A DNA stretch of 64,000 nt, taken from positions 2,080,001-2,144,000 of the forward strand of contig CP170459.1 of NCBI GenBank assembly GCA_047947115.1, given 5' to 3'. The notes beneath the pieces were generated by a model, which made no database searches, was not told where the DNA came from, and saw nothing but the letters and a program-made list of their open reading frames with translations. The stretch is from Verrucomicrobiota bacterium. GTDB taxonomy: Bacteria > Verrucomicrobiota > Verrucomicrobiia > Limisphaerales > AAA164-E04. The translations under genes were made by a program, and so were the position numbers. How positions within the stretch are numbered: position 1 is the stretch's first letter; each line of letters begins with the position of its first letter. Below are positions 45,001-53,057 of the stretch, piece by piece.

Positions 45001-46876
45001 GTTGCGGCATACGATTACATCGACCCGTGCCGTATTTGGGGTGACGGTTTACGGCTTCAGTGAGTATGATTCCTACGGCTATCCCGGGGGAATGCGCTTT
45101 GACTCCGCCGGAGCCCCTTTTGTTGTATGCCCTCCTGACGTCACTATCCCGGCAGGTGAGAATTGCGAGGGAGTCATTCCTGATTTGAGTGAATTCATTC
45201 AGGTTGTGGATCCATGTGATGAAGGAGGCGATCGGCCGGTTCCCGGCGATGATTGCTTCGAATTTGAAGATCTTAAACTCCAAACCCTCATCCGTGATGG
45301 CGACACATTGACGATCATCAGTGCATCGGGGAATCAAACCGCCAATGTAACGGCATCGGCTGCGGGATTTGCCGCTGTGGCTGCCGTGGTCAATGGGGGA
45401 CAAGCCGGACATACGGGGAATGAGGTGCGCTTTGCCAACATCAATTTGACCTTCGTTTCTTCGGCTCTCACCTCAGGGTTTTCACTTTCATTCGGCGAAT
45501 ATGGTGGGTCCGTGAACCTGGGGGTGAACAATGATCTTCAGACCGCCGCCAATATGGAGGATTTCAATGGCAAGACGATTGGGGGAGCACAGGTTGCTGT
45601 AACAGGTGCGACGGGCGGACAGGGGACGGGGACGCTGACTGTCACTGGAACCATCCGCAGTTTTACCATCGGTGGCCAGGAGTTTTTTATTGATCATATC
45701 TGCCCTGGAGGCGGAGGGACGGTTGAAGTGCCGGATTGTTATGAGTTCGAAGATCAGGATGCCAAACTGGTTCTACGTGTGGGAGACACAACACCCGCAA
45801 CCAGTAGCACAGGAAACTCGGTCACCGTTTTGGGCGCTCCTTTCACATGGTCCAATGGACAGGTGACTCAGGAGGGATCTGCCGCCATTCGAACCAATGG
45901 TCAAGCCGGGCACACGGGCAACGAGTTTGCCGTGAACAATATTCTGTTGAAATTCATCCCAACCGAGTCGTTTCCAAACGGTGTCTCCATACTGTTCGGC
46001 GAATACGGCGGCAATGTGAACCTGGAGGTTAACGGCGAATTGGCCAATGTCAGCAATTTCAGTGAACTGAGCGGCACCTCTCTGGGCGGGGCGCACATTC
46101 TCGTTACCGGTGGGACGGGTCAGGGATTGGGTGAATTGCACATCATTGGCGAGTTGAAGGAATTCGGGATTGGTGGTCAGGAATTGTTCATCGATCACCT
46201 TTGCCTGCTTCCAGCAAGAGCAGTGACGGTAGTGGATCGTATCACGACGAACCTTGGTTCTTTGACTCGATCCTTGGTGAAGCAGGCTGGTGTGGGGCAA
46301 AATTATATCGTCAAGCAAGATCCCCCTGCGGGTTTGATGGTCTCGGCAGGATCTTATGACGTCAGTGTGAGTGTGGTCGACCTGCAGGGAAACTCGATTG
46401 GAACATGCGTGACCCAAGTCAAGATTGTTGACGATTCGCCCGTCAAAATCGTCTGTCCTCCCAATATAACGGTCAACTGCCAACGTCCTGAAGGAGCATT
46501 GGTTTTTTGGGAGGGCCCAGTTGCCTACACCGAGCGATGCCAAATGCCCGTGGAGGTGAGGTGCAACTATGAACCCGGTGAATTGTTTCCGTTGGGTAAT
46601 ACCACCGTCACCTGCGTGGCCAAGAGTCCGTCCGGTGAAGTGGCTACATGTTCGTTTTTGGTGACGGTTGTCTGTGAAGATGTCGTCGTGCCAGATAATC
46701 CCACCGTCTCGATCAATCTTTCAGATGGGACCGGCATTACACTGGATTGGCCGGCAGGAGGCTATTTGGAAGCCGCCGACAGTCCGCTGGGCCCTTGGGA
46801 AATCGTCCCCGAAGCCAGGCCTCCATTCAACATCAGTACCACTCGGAAGCAGGCATTTTATCGGATTCGTTATTAG
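42065..46876 (+). CDS. 1,603-aa secreted multidomain protein: lamin-tail-like, LamG, IgGFc-binding N-terminal, HYR-like, C-terminal FYR domain
   Basis: Signal peptide ending VAKAQ; lamin-tail-like DEDGE...DLSGYALT...LIVFASGKNR; LamG WTHLAFV...FTGTVDE; IgGFc-binding GRDFWLTF...EQLLP...YGYPGG; HYR CPPNITV...FPLGNTTVTC. Confidence 0.85.
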   Translation: MMLFGKKPEWFPVCSGVARLILSTLLCALVVCVAKAQTAAPPVSIVDGFAAKDNSTVLDEDGELPAYIILRNNRSQTTAPMDLSGYALTSDSTGNAVWIIPPRTLIAPQSELIVFASGKNRPSSNPELRNHTDFIFSCEIPYVALLGPKREVVSTFRKLDPNCSGNDDDCRGTPLFHDKTIGRYFVPSTDKMTGIWMEPDFDVSNWKRGPLGLGYEVLESKGELDMILYATMDRTDLDLVANIVKDVSGSPVVHDGLASQKIAMTTGQIQQGINMAQGQAIRFRHHDELDPVTSDFTVSIWCRTLGQGDEVIIAKGGLNNETTGWAIFNRKDATIVRLNYGKAGIVDLTLPRLEVERWTHLAFVIDRTQKAAFAYVNGVVAANAGIPADALLAPRTDMWIGARPDGNPLFTGTVDETVIWRRALSKGEIRTVAALGASGKRLDTAVSTGTPIYVDLISTDVETDMYGKGSSLYVRIPFLVNDPNLVSGLNLSMHYDDGFVCYLNGVEVARKNAPSTTFPGYDATASSDRADTLALTAESINLANAIRYLIPGENLLAIHGLNVSKDAGRFVIKPQLCLEESEPQDCEKTTNGRDFWLTFPGNAPEDTGNPLQISLCVAGLAGTTGRVDVPGLGFSKNFTIPANGPTPATGSLMLPLPREVSLEVSGKIESKGVRVRAQSDVSVYGTTRIDYSTDSFLGLPVDCLGRNYVTMGYKNVWEDIPVLNGSQIGLVAPYNGTKVLIDVGTSASGGVPVEVTLNEGETYLLRDTGNSPADLSGSRILSNLPVGVFAGHRCANINGKDLFFCDTVLEQLLPISGWGTRYWNAPLSTRNHLLGDGKGDTLRVTASEDNTAVTITDDQGANVLVLNANQIHEQSVIGPSYVISEKPVLTAVYANSSDFDLVTDSDPFMVMLQPEIHWLDRYIICTPPSSDFEQSYVNIIARNITEASTIRLNGAPIAGFLPLGASGYFYAQVDLDPALLRHTITSTRAVFGVTVYGFSEYDSYGYPGGMRFDSAGAPFVVCPPDVTIPAGENCEGVIPDLSEFIQVVDPCDEGGDRPVPGDDCFEFEDLKLQTLIRDGDTLTIISASGNQTANVTASAAGFAAVAAVVNGGQAGHTGNEVRFANINLTFVSSALTSGFSLSFGEYGGSVNLGVNNDLQTAANMEDFNGKTIGGAQVAVTGATGGQGTGTLTVTGTIRSFTIGGQEFFIDHICPGGGGTVEVPDCYEFEDQDAKLVLRVGDTTPATSSTGNSVTVLGAPFTWSNGQVTQEGSAAIRTNGQAGHTGNEFAVNNILLKFIPTESFPNGVSILFGEYGGNVNLEVNGELANVSNFSELSGTSLGGAHILVTGGTGQGLGELHIIGELKEFGIGGQELFIDHLCLLPARAVTVVDRITTNLGSLTRSLVKQAGVGQNYIVKQDPPAGLMVSAGSYDVSVSVVDLQGNSIGTCVTQVKIVDDSPVKIVCPPNITVNCQRPEGALVFWEGPVAYTERCQMPVEVRCNYEPGELFPLGNTTVTCVAKSPSGEVATCSFLVTVVCEDVVVPDNPTVSINLSDGTGITLDWPAGGYLEAADSPLGPWEIVPEARPPFNISTTRKQAFYRIRY

Positions 46877-47039
46877 ATCATTTGCAGTATGCGATGACGG
46901 AAATGGATTCGTTCACCTTATCATAAATCACGCCCTCTGTGCTCCAGGCACAGGGATGCAGAGGCTTTTCTGAAAAATATTAGGGCCAATCTGTAAGTTC
47001 GGGCAATCATATCCTTTCTGTTCATTTTTTACATTTCGG

Positions 47040-47066
47040 TGTAACCACTTCCATGGACATGGCGTT
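47040..47066 (+). promoter_or_regulatory. Putative ECF-type autoregulatory promoter
   Basis: TGTAAC (47040-47045), 17-nt spacer, CGTT (47063-47066), about 30 nt upstream of the ECF ATG; fits the AAC-N16/17-CGT ECF consensus. Confidence 0.6.
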
Positions 47067-47095
47067 GAATGGTTGAGTGCAGCCTGCGTTGAATC

Positions 47096-47935
47096 ATGGA
47101 GATGAAGCAACCCGATCTCGCTTCCCTGGTGGAGCGTGTCAGAGAGGGAGAGGAAGATGCCTTTCGTATCTTCATGGAAGTCCTGTACCCAACCGTGATC
47201 CGGATCGTCCGCTCTCATTTGCCGGTAAGACAGTTGGAAGAGGATCTGGCGCAGGAGGTTTTCGTTCGGGTGTTCAAGCGCATCGATCAGTATCAGGCCC
47301 GTCCAGGCATACCGGTGACGCACTGGGTGTGCCGGGTGGCAACCACCACATGCCTGGATGCATTGCGCGCCGAACGCAGGCGTCCTGAGTTGCGTTGGGC
47401 AGATCTCAGCGAGGATCAGGCGGAGTGGCTGCAATACATGGTGGCAGACGATCAGGAGGAGGCGCCTCATTCGGATTGCGATACCGGCGAGTTTTTGGAG
47501 AAAATGTTGGCTCAACTATCTGTGGATGATTTGGGTGGTTTGCTGATTCCCCGTATCGATTTGTCGGAAGGTTCCGAATCAGATGTAGGAACGGAACCGA
47601 TCGCCATCGGCGAACTTTGGTTGCGCAACTTGACTCTGGAGAAAAATGGTTGGGGTATCTCATCAAGTCAGTTGAACGTTGTCATTGTCAACACGGAGGA
47701 AGGACGCGTTCGGGCGCCACGCTGTATCCTTGCGGTCAGTAAAACCGATGACAACAAACCCGTGCTGATGATCTATGGCAAAAACGAGCAGCCCCTGCTG
47801 ACATTGCCTTTATCCAAAGTGCAAAAGCATCAAACCAGGCCTCTGGATATGGTCACGTTCGATGACGGCAAGGTCGACCTTTGCATCAACGGTCAATATC
47901 AGGCCAGTTTCTCCGTGGCCGAATTATATTTGTAG
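47096..47935 (+). CDS. ECF sigma factor N-terminal part (sigma2) fused to an unrelated C-terminal domain; sigma4 absent
   Basis: EEDLAQEVFVRVF...WVCRVATTTCLDALRAERRRPE is ECF region 2. After EKMLAQLS no HTH-like sigma4 sequence follows. Confidence 0.75.
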   Translation: MEMKQPDLASLVERVREGEEDAFRIFMEVLYPTVIRIVRSHLPVRQLEEDLAQEVFVRVFKRIDQYQARPGIPVTHWVCRVATTTCLDALRAERRRPELRWADLSEDQAEWLQYMVADDQEEAPHSDCDTGEFLEKMLAQLSVDDLGGLLIPRIDLSEGSESDVGTEPIAIGELWLRNLTLEKNGWGISSSQLNVVIVNTEEGRVRAPRCILAVSKTDDNKPVLMIYGKNEQPLLTLPLSKVQKHQTRPLDMVTFDDGKVDLCINGQYQASFSVAELYL

Positions 47936-47948
47936 CATTTTTTATTCG

Positions 47949-47990
47949 AAAACCACCCTGTTCGATTTGAAATCGTGCAGGGTGGTTTTT
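47949..47990 (+). terminator. Rho-independent terminator, possibly bidirectional
   Basis: AAAACCACCCTG...CAGGGTGGTTTT stem with inner CGATTT/AAATCG pairing, followed by a T-rich tract, 14 nt after the stop. Confidence 0.8.
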
Positions 47991-48022
47991 ATTTCTTTGG
48001 TTGCGTCACGTGGGATTGGGTT

Positions 48023-48103
48023 GCCCCTACAGGGCTCGTTATGTGGGGTGTGCGGGGTTCCCAGGGCGATGCCGTGGGCTGACATGGTTTGGACCTTTGG
48101 GCG
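48023..48103 (+). repeat. Three-hairpin REP-like unit A
   Basis: GCCCCTACAGGGCTCGT...CCAGGGCGATGCCGTGGGCTGA...GACCTTTGGGC; direct repeat of unit C. Confidence 0.8.
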
Positions 48104-48230
48104 TATGGCGATCGGTTCCGTCGATTGATGTGCTTTGCCCTTTTAGGGTGCGCCTTTGGAGCTGTTTTTGTGATTAGACATTTTTTGGTCTTTTCAGGTT
48201 TGCCTGCAAACCGTAGTTCCCAATTGTTAC

Positions 48231-48311
48231 GCCCCAACGGGGCAAGCTACAACAACCCAGAGCACCGCTCTGGGGCTGCAACAGATATTCATTTCTAAGC
48301 CCTGTAGGGGC
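48231..48311 (-). repeat. Three-hairpin REP-like unit B (inverted)
   Basis: GCCCCAACGGGGC...CCCAGAGCACCGCTCTGGG...GCCCTGTAGGGGC is the reverse-complement layout of units A and C; ends 10 nt before the transposase ATG. Confidence 0.8.
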
Positions 48312-48321
48312 GCCCCAAGAA

Positions 48322-48775
48322 ATGCCTCAATCACTCGCAAAAAATTGGATGCATTTGGTTTTTTCCACCAAACACCGAGAACGTCTCATTTCGGAGACTA
48401 TTCGACCTTCTCTTCATGCCTATATGGCTACGGTATTCAAAAACCTTCAATGCCCGGTATTGGCAATCAATTCGGTGGAGGATCATGTTCATATCCTGTT
48501 TTCACTTCATCGAACGGTGGCCCTTTCGAAAGTAGTGGAGGATGTGAAGAAATCTTCATCCAAATGGATAAAGAGTCAATCGAATGATTTCAGCAGATTT
48601 CAATGGCAGGCCGGGTATGGCGCTTTTTCGCTGAGTGAATCAAATGTCCCTGCGGTTCAACAATACATTACCAATCAGGCAGAGCACCACCGGAAGGTAT
48701 CTTTTCAGCATGAAATCCGAATATTTATGCGCAAAACATCACATTGATTTTGATGAACGGTTTGTGTGGGATTAG
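48322..48775 (+). mobile_element. tnpA: IS200/IS605-type Y1 HUH transposase (TnpA/RAYT-like) with a +1 frameshift near the 3' end
   Basis: HLVFSTKHR, HUH motif DHVHIL, KKSSSKW, WQAGYGAFS and catalytic YIxNQ. The ORF stops at 48747, but removing one A from 48733-48736 restores RKHHIDFDERFVWD* ending at 48775. Confidence 0.85.
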
Positions 48776-48778
48776 GCT

Positions 48779-48860
48779 GCCCCTACAGGGCTCGTGGTCA
48801 CCAACGATTCGAAAAACCAGGGCGGTGCCTTGGGCTGATTTATTATGCCCCTTTGGGGTG
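48779..48860 (+). repeat. Three-hairpin REP-like unit C
   Basis: GCCCCTACAGGGCTCGT...CCAGGGCGGTGCCTTGGGCTGA...GCCCCTTTGGGG, starting 3 nt after the restored transposase stop. Confidence 0.8.
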
Positions 48861-48962
48861 TGGGATGTACGTGCTAACTGATTGGTAGACGGATTCACCA
48901 TGATCCTGAGTTTATAAAAAACGCTGTCGTCTCGGGTGTTTTTTGGGCATAATCCCGCCATC

Positions 48963-51593
48963 ATGACCGCGAAATACAAAGCCCCGGCCATCGTGCGGAT
49001 TCTGTGTGGCCTCCTGGTTAATTTGTGGGGATCGCTCTGCATCGCTGATACTCAGCAGGTGGATTACGTCAGCGATATTCAACCGTTGCTGGAGAAACGT
49101 TGTTATCGTTGTCATGGACCTGAAAAGCGCAAGGGTGGATTGCGTTTGGATATGAAAACCACCGTTTTGCAAGGTGGAGATTCAGGTGATGCTGCAATCG
49201 TCCCCGGGGAAGCAGATCAGAGCCCGCTTGTTCGTCTGGTTTCATCGAAAGATGACAAGGAACGCATGCCGCCTGCCAACGCAGAGGAGGCGCCATTGAC
49301 CGACGATGAATTGGAGAAGTTGCGGCGGTGGATCAATGCGGGAGCCGACTGGCCTGAGACGGGGGCATCAGTGATTCTTCCCGAGCCGGGGGAACTGAAA
49401 GTAACAGAGGAAGATCGACAGCACTGGGCTTTTCGGCCCCTGGCGGACCCCTTGCCACCCACTTCACAAGATCCGCACTGGCAGCAGACTCCTGTCGACG
49501 CTTTCATTCTGCACGCACAGGAGGCGCAGCAACTCACACCTTCCGCCCCAGCCGATGCACGTACTCTCATTCGGCGCTTGTATCTGGATTTGATCGGGCT
49601 ACCTCCTTCTCCGGAAGAAATGTCCGATTGGACGCGGCGAATCGATCAATCGCCTAACGAGGTGGAGTTGCTGGTGGAATCCCTGTTGCACAGTCCGCAC
49701 TATGGTGAGCGATGGGGACGGCATTGGTTGGATGTGGCCCGTTATGCCGACAGCAATGGAATGGAACTCGATGCGGATCGTCCCAATGCCTATCGCTACC
49801 GTGATTTCGTGATTCGTGCCATGAACGATGATTTACCGTTTGATGAATTTGTTCGCTGGCAATTGGCGGGTGATGAGATTGCTCCGGACCATCCGGACGC
49901 GATTGCCGCCACCGGATTCCTTGCGGCCGGGGTCAATACGATCCTGCCGGACAAGCAAATGGTGGAGGAAAAACTCCGTAACCGAGCCAACGAACTTGAT
50001 GACATCGTATCGACCACCGGTCAGGCCATGCTGGGGCTGACCCTCGCCTGTTGTCGCTGTCACGATCATAAGTATGATCCGGTTTCTTCCCGTGATTACT
50101 ATCGGTTGACACGCGTATTCACCAGCGGTGATCGAGCCGAGGTGCCATTGGTTTCGCCCGAAGAAGCAAAGCGACATCAACAAAAGGTGGCTGATTGGCG
50201 AAGATCGTATGATGAAGCGGTCAAGGAGCGTGACCAATGGCTCAAGGAAGCGCGCAAACCGGTGGAAGAGCGATTGTGTCGGGAACGGATCGCCAGCCTT
50301 GAAATCAGCGACACAGATAAACAAATGCTGCTCGAATCCTCCCAAGAACCATCCGCGAAGAAATTGGCCGAGCGGTTCAAAAAGCAGCTGGTCCTTTCTG
50401 ATTCAGATTATGTCGCCGCCCTGCCTGAGCAAAGCCGGCAGCGATGGAAGGCATTCAATCAACACATTTCGGAAATCAAAAAGCGTGAGCCAAATCCTCT
50501 GCCACTGGCTTATGCTTTTTCTGATTTTGGTCCCGAGCCGGAAGAAACCTGGTTTTTCGAACGCGGCAATTTCCTGGCTCGTAATGAACGGATGGATCTT
50601 GGTTTTTTGACCGTACTCACCTCCGGGAAAACAGCCGAAGCATACTGGAACGAAGCGAAAGCCCATCCGTTGCGTGATGATTCGACTTATCAACGCCGGG
50701 CATTGGCGGAATGGATGACAGATCTGGATCATGGCGCCGGAGCTTTGTTGGCGCGTGTCATGGTGAATCGTGTCTGGCAACGTCATTTCGGCGAGGGATT
50801 GGTGCGTACGCCAAGCGATTTCGGCACGCGAGGTGAGCGTCCCACACATCCCGAACTGCTGGAATGGCTCGCCACGGAATTTGTTCGGAGTGGCTGGAGC
50901 GTCAAACACCTGCACCGTTTGATATTGAACAGCGCCACGTATCAACAGGCGTCCGAGTATCGTCCCGCGATGGCCTCGATCGATTTGGAGAATCGATTAT
51001 GGTGGCGTCAACTCCCGGCTCGTTTGGAAGCCGAAGCCTTGCGCGATGCCATGTTGTCCGTTGCAGGGCAACTCAATTTCGAAGCTTTCGGGCCCAGCTT
51101 CAAACCTCCCATTCAGCAGGAAGCCATGCAGGCACGCAATGTGAGAAATCCCTATCCGAAGGACGCCAAGGACTCTGCCCCGACTCGAAGGCGCAGCGTT
51201 TATATGTTCCATAAACGTGTCGTGCAATACCCGCTCATGCAGGCTTTCGATGCACCCGATGCACAGCAAAGTTGTGGCCGCCGAATGAATACTACCGTTG
51301 CGCCTCAAGCATTGGCATTGTTGAATGATCCGTTCGTGCGATTGAGAGCCAGTGATCTGGCGGGGCGCATTCTGAAAGAAGCAGGGGATGACAGGGAAGC
51401 CCAAGTCAGGCGCGCATTCGAACTTGCATTGAATCGAGCGCCCGAAGCCGCCGAACGAACCGATGCAACCGGTTTCCTGGCGCAACAAACAGATGAACGT
51501 ACCCGCCGTGGTGAATCCAGCGCTTCACTGGCGGCGCTGACCGATTTTTGTCAGGCCCTGTTTGGGTTGAATGAATTTATTTATGTCGATTGA
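48963..51593 (+). CDS. PSD1/planctomycete cytochrome c protein (DUF1549/DUF1553)
   Basis: CYRCH heme motif followed by KGGLRLD, HWAF, YGERWGRHWLDVARYADS, CCRCHDHKYDP, PTHPELLEWLA and C-terminal NEFIYVD. Confidence 0.92.
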   Translation: MTAKYKAPAIVRILCGLLVNLWGSLCIADTQQVDYVSDIQPLLEKRCYRCHGPEKRKGGLRLDMKTTVLQGGDSGDAAIVPGEADQSPLVRLVSSKDDKERMPPANAEEAPLTDDELEKLRRWINAGADWPETGASVILPEPGELKVTEEDRQHWAFRPLADPLPPTSQDPHWQQTPVDAFILHAQEAQQLTPSAPADARTLIRRLYLDLIGLPPSPEEMSDWTRRIDQSPNEVELLVESLLHSPHYGERWGRHWLDVARYADSNGMELDADRPNAYRYRDFVIRAMNDDLPFDEFVRWQLAGDEIAPDHPDAIAATGFLAAGVNTILPDKQMVEEKLRNRANELDDIVSTTGQAMLGLTLACCRCHDHKYDPVSSRDYYRLTRVFTSGDRAEVPLVSPEEAKRHQQKVADWRRSYDEAVKERDQWLKEARKPVEERLCRERIASLEISDTDKQMLLESSQEPSAKKLAERFKKQLVLSDSDYVAALPEQSRQRWKAFNQHISEIKKREPNPLPLAYAFSDFGPEPEETWFFERGNFLARNERMDLGFLTVLTSGKTAEAYWNEAKAHPLRDDSTYQRRALAEWMTDLDHGAGALLARVMVNRVWQRHFGEGLVRTPSDFGTRGERPTHPELLEWLATEFVRSGWSVKHLHRLILNSATYQQASEYRPAMASIDLENRLWWRQLPARLEAEALRDAMLSVAGQLNFEAFGPSFKPPIQQEAMQARNVRNPYPKDAKDSAPTRRRSVYMFHKRVVQYPLMQAFDAPDAQQSCGRRMNTTVAPQALALLNDPFVRLRASDLAGRILKEAGDDREAQVRRAFELALNRAPEAAERTDATGFLAQQTDERTRRGESSASLAALTDFCQALFGLNEFIYVD

Positions 51594-51632
51594 TTGGGTG
51601 AACTGTATCGAACTTGAAAAGAATTATTGGTC

Positions 51633-53057
51633 ATGAAAAGCATGCATCAACATTGTGGTCGCTTCGAAGCGGTTCATACACGCAGGGATTTCCTCAAGAA
51701 GGCTGGGGGAGGTTTTGGTATGTACGCCTTGGCGGATTTGATGTCGAAAAACGGATTGCTCGCTGACGAGACGCTTCCGGATCCCTTGCACCCCATGGCT
51801 CCGCGCGCAGGGCATTATCCCGCCAAAGCCAAAGCGGTCATCTGGTTGTTCATGGAGGGCGCGCCCAGTGCCGTGGACATGTTCGATCCAAAACCCGAAT
51901 TGACAAAACGTGACGGTCAGCGGATGGAAATTGATGTGTTCAATGGCAACCCGGGCCCCCTGATGAAATCCCCCTTTGAGTTCAAACAATACGGACAAAG
52001 CGGAGCCTGGGTATGTGAACATTATCCGAACGTCGCCAAACATGTGGATGAATTCGCCTTCATCAATTCCTTTTACAGTGAATCAAACGATCATGTACCG
52101 GCACTCTATCAAATCAATACCGGCATCCCGCGCCCGGGGTGTCCGAGTGCGGGCGCCTGGATTACCTACGGGTTGGGTTCCGAGAACAGCGATCTACCCG
52201 GATATGTTGTGCTGGGCAATAATCGCGGTGTGAAAGGCGGTAATTTAAATTGGAGTTCCGCGTTTCTGCCGACGACTTACCAGGGAACACTGTTTCGCCC
52301 TGAAGGTGTTCCTGTGATCAATCTCACACGGCCGGGTGACGTCACCCAACAGGATCAACGGGCTCAACTGGACCTCATGTCCAAATTGAATCATCGTCAC
52401 CTGGCGGCTCGCCCTGGTGAAGAGGAATTGTTGGGGCGCATTCAGAGCTTCGAGCTGGCCTATCGCATGCAGATGGAGGCTTCTGATTTGGTCGATCTGG
52501 AAAGGGAATCAGCCGAGACCCGGGAAATGTACGGCGTGGATGAAAAGGAAACCCGTTCCTATGGACGAAAATGTCTCATGGCCCGACGTCTCATCGAACG
52601 TGGCGTTCGTTTCGTGCAGGTTTACAGCGACGGAGAATGGGATGCGCACAGCGATCTCAATGGGAACCACCGTGGACACTGCCGCGCTACCGACAAACCC
52701 ATTCACGCCCTGTTGACCGATCTTAAACGTACGGGATTAATTGATGACACTCTGGTTATCTGGGGTGGGGAGTTCGGACGCATGCCGGTATCCCAGGGCA
52801 ACGGTGGGCGTGATCATAATCCTCAAGGCTTCGGCATGTTCATGACTGGCGCCGGCATCAAGCCCGGTGTGCGTTACGGTGAGTTGGATGAAATCGGATA
52901 CAAAGCAGCTGTCGATCGCGTATCCGTGCACGACCTGCATGCCACCATGCTGCACCTGCTCGGGCTCGATCACGAGCGCCTGACCTTTTTCCACAACGGC
53001 CGCCGCTTCAGGCTGACCGACGTGGCGGGAGAGATCATTCGCCCGGTGTTGGCCTAG
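51633..53057 (+). CDS. DUF1501 domain protein (Tat, sulfatase-like fold)
   Basis: TRRDFLK Tat signal, AKAVIWLFMEGAPS, ARRLIERGVRFVQ, WGGEFGR, GRDH; the usual partner of DUF1553 genes. Confidence 0.92.
   Translation: MKSMHQHCGRFEAVHTRRDFLKKAGGGFGMYALADLMSKNGLLADETLPDPLHPMAPRAGHYPAKAKAVIWLFMEGAPSAVDMFDPKPELTKRDGQRMEIDVFNGNPGPLMKSPFEFKQYGQSGAWVCEHYPNVAKHVDEFAFINSFYSESNDHVPALYQINTGIPRPGCPSAGAWITYGLGSENSDLPGYVVLGNNRGVKGGNLNWSSAFLPTTYQGTLFRPEGVPVINLTRPGDVTQQDQRAQLDLMSKLNHRHLAARPGEEELLGRIQSFELAYRMQMEASDLVDLERESAETREMYGVDEKETRSYGRKCLMARRLIERGVRFVQVYSDGEWDAHSDLNGNHRGHCRATDKPIHALLTDLKRTGLIDDTLVIWGGEFGRMPVSQGNGGRDHNPQGFGMFMTGAGIKPGVRYGELDEIGYKAAVDRVSVHDLHATMLHLLGLDHERLTFFHNGRRFRLTDVAGEIIRPVLA

Noticed and set aside
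46928..47515. 195-aa minus-strand ORF over the sigma factor gene
   Set aside because: Antisense shadow of the ECF gene with no motifs.
48023..48860. Repeats near the transposase as a CRISPR array
   Set aside because: The units are in mixed orientation and irregularly spaced around a gene, and no cas genes are present.
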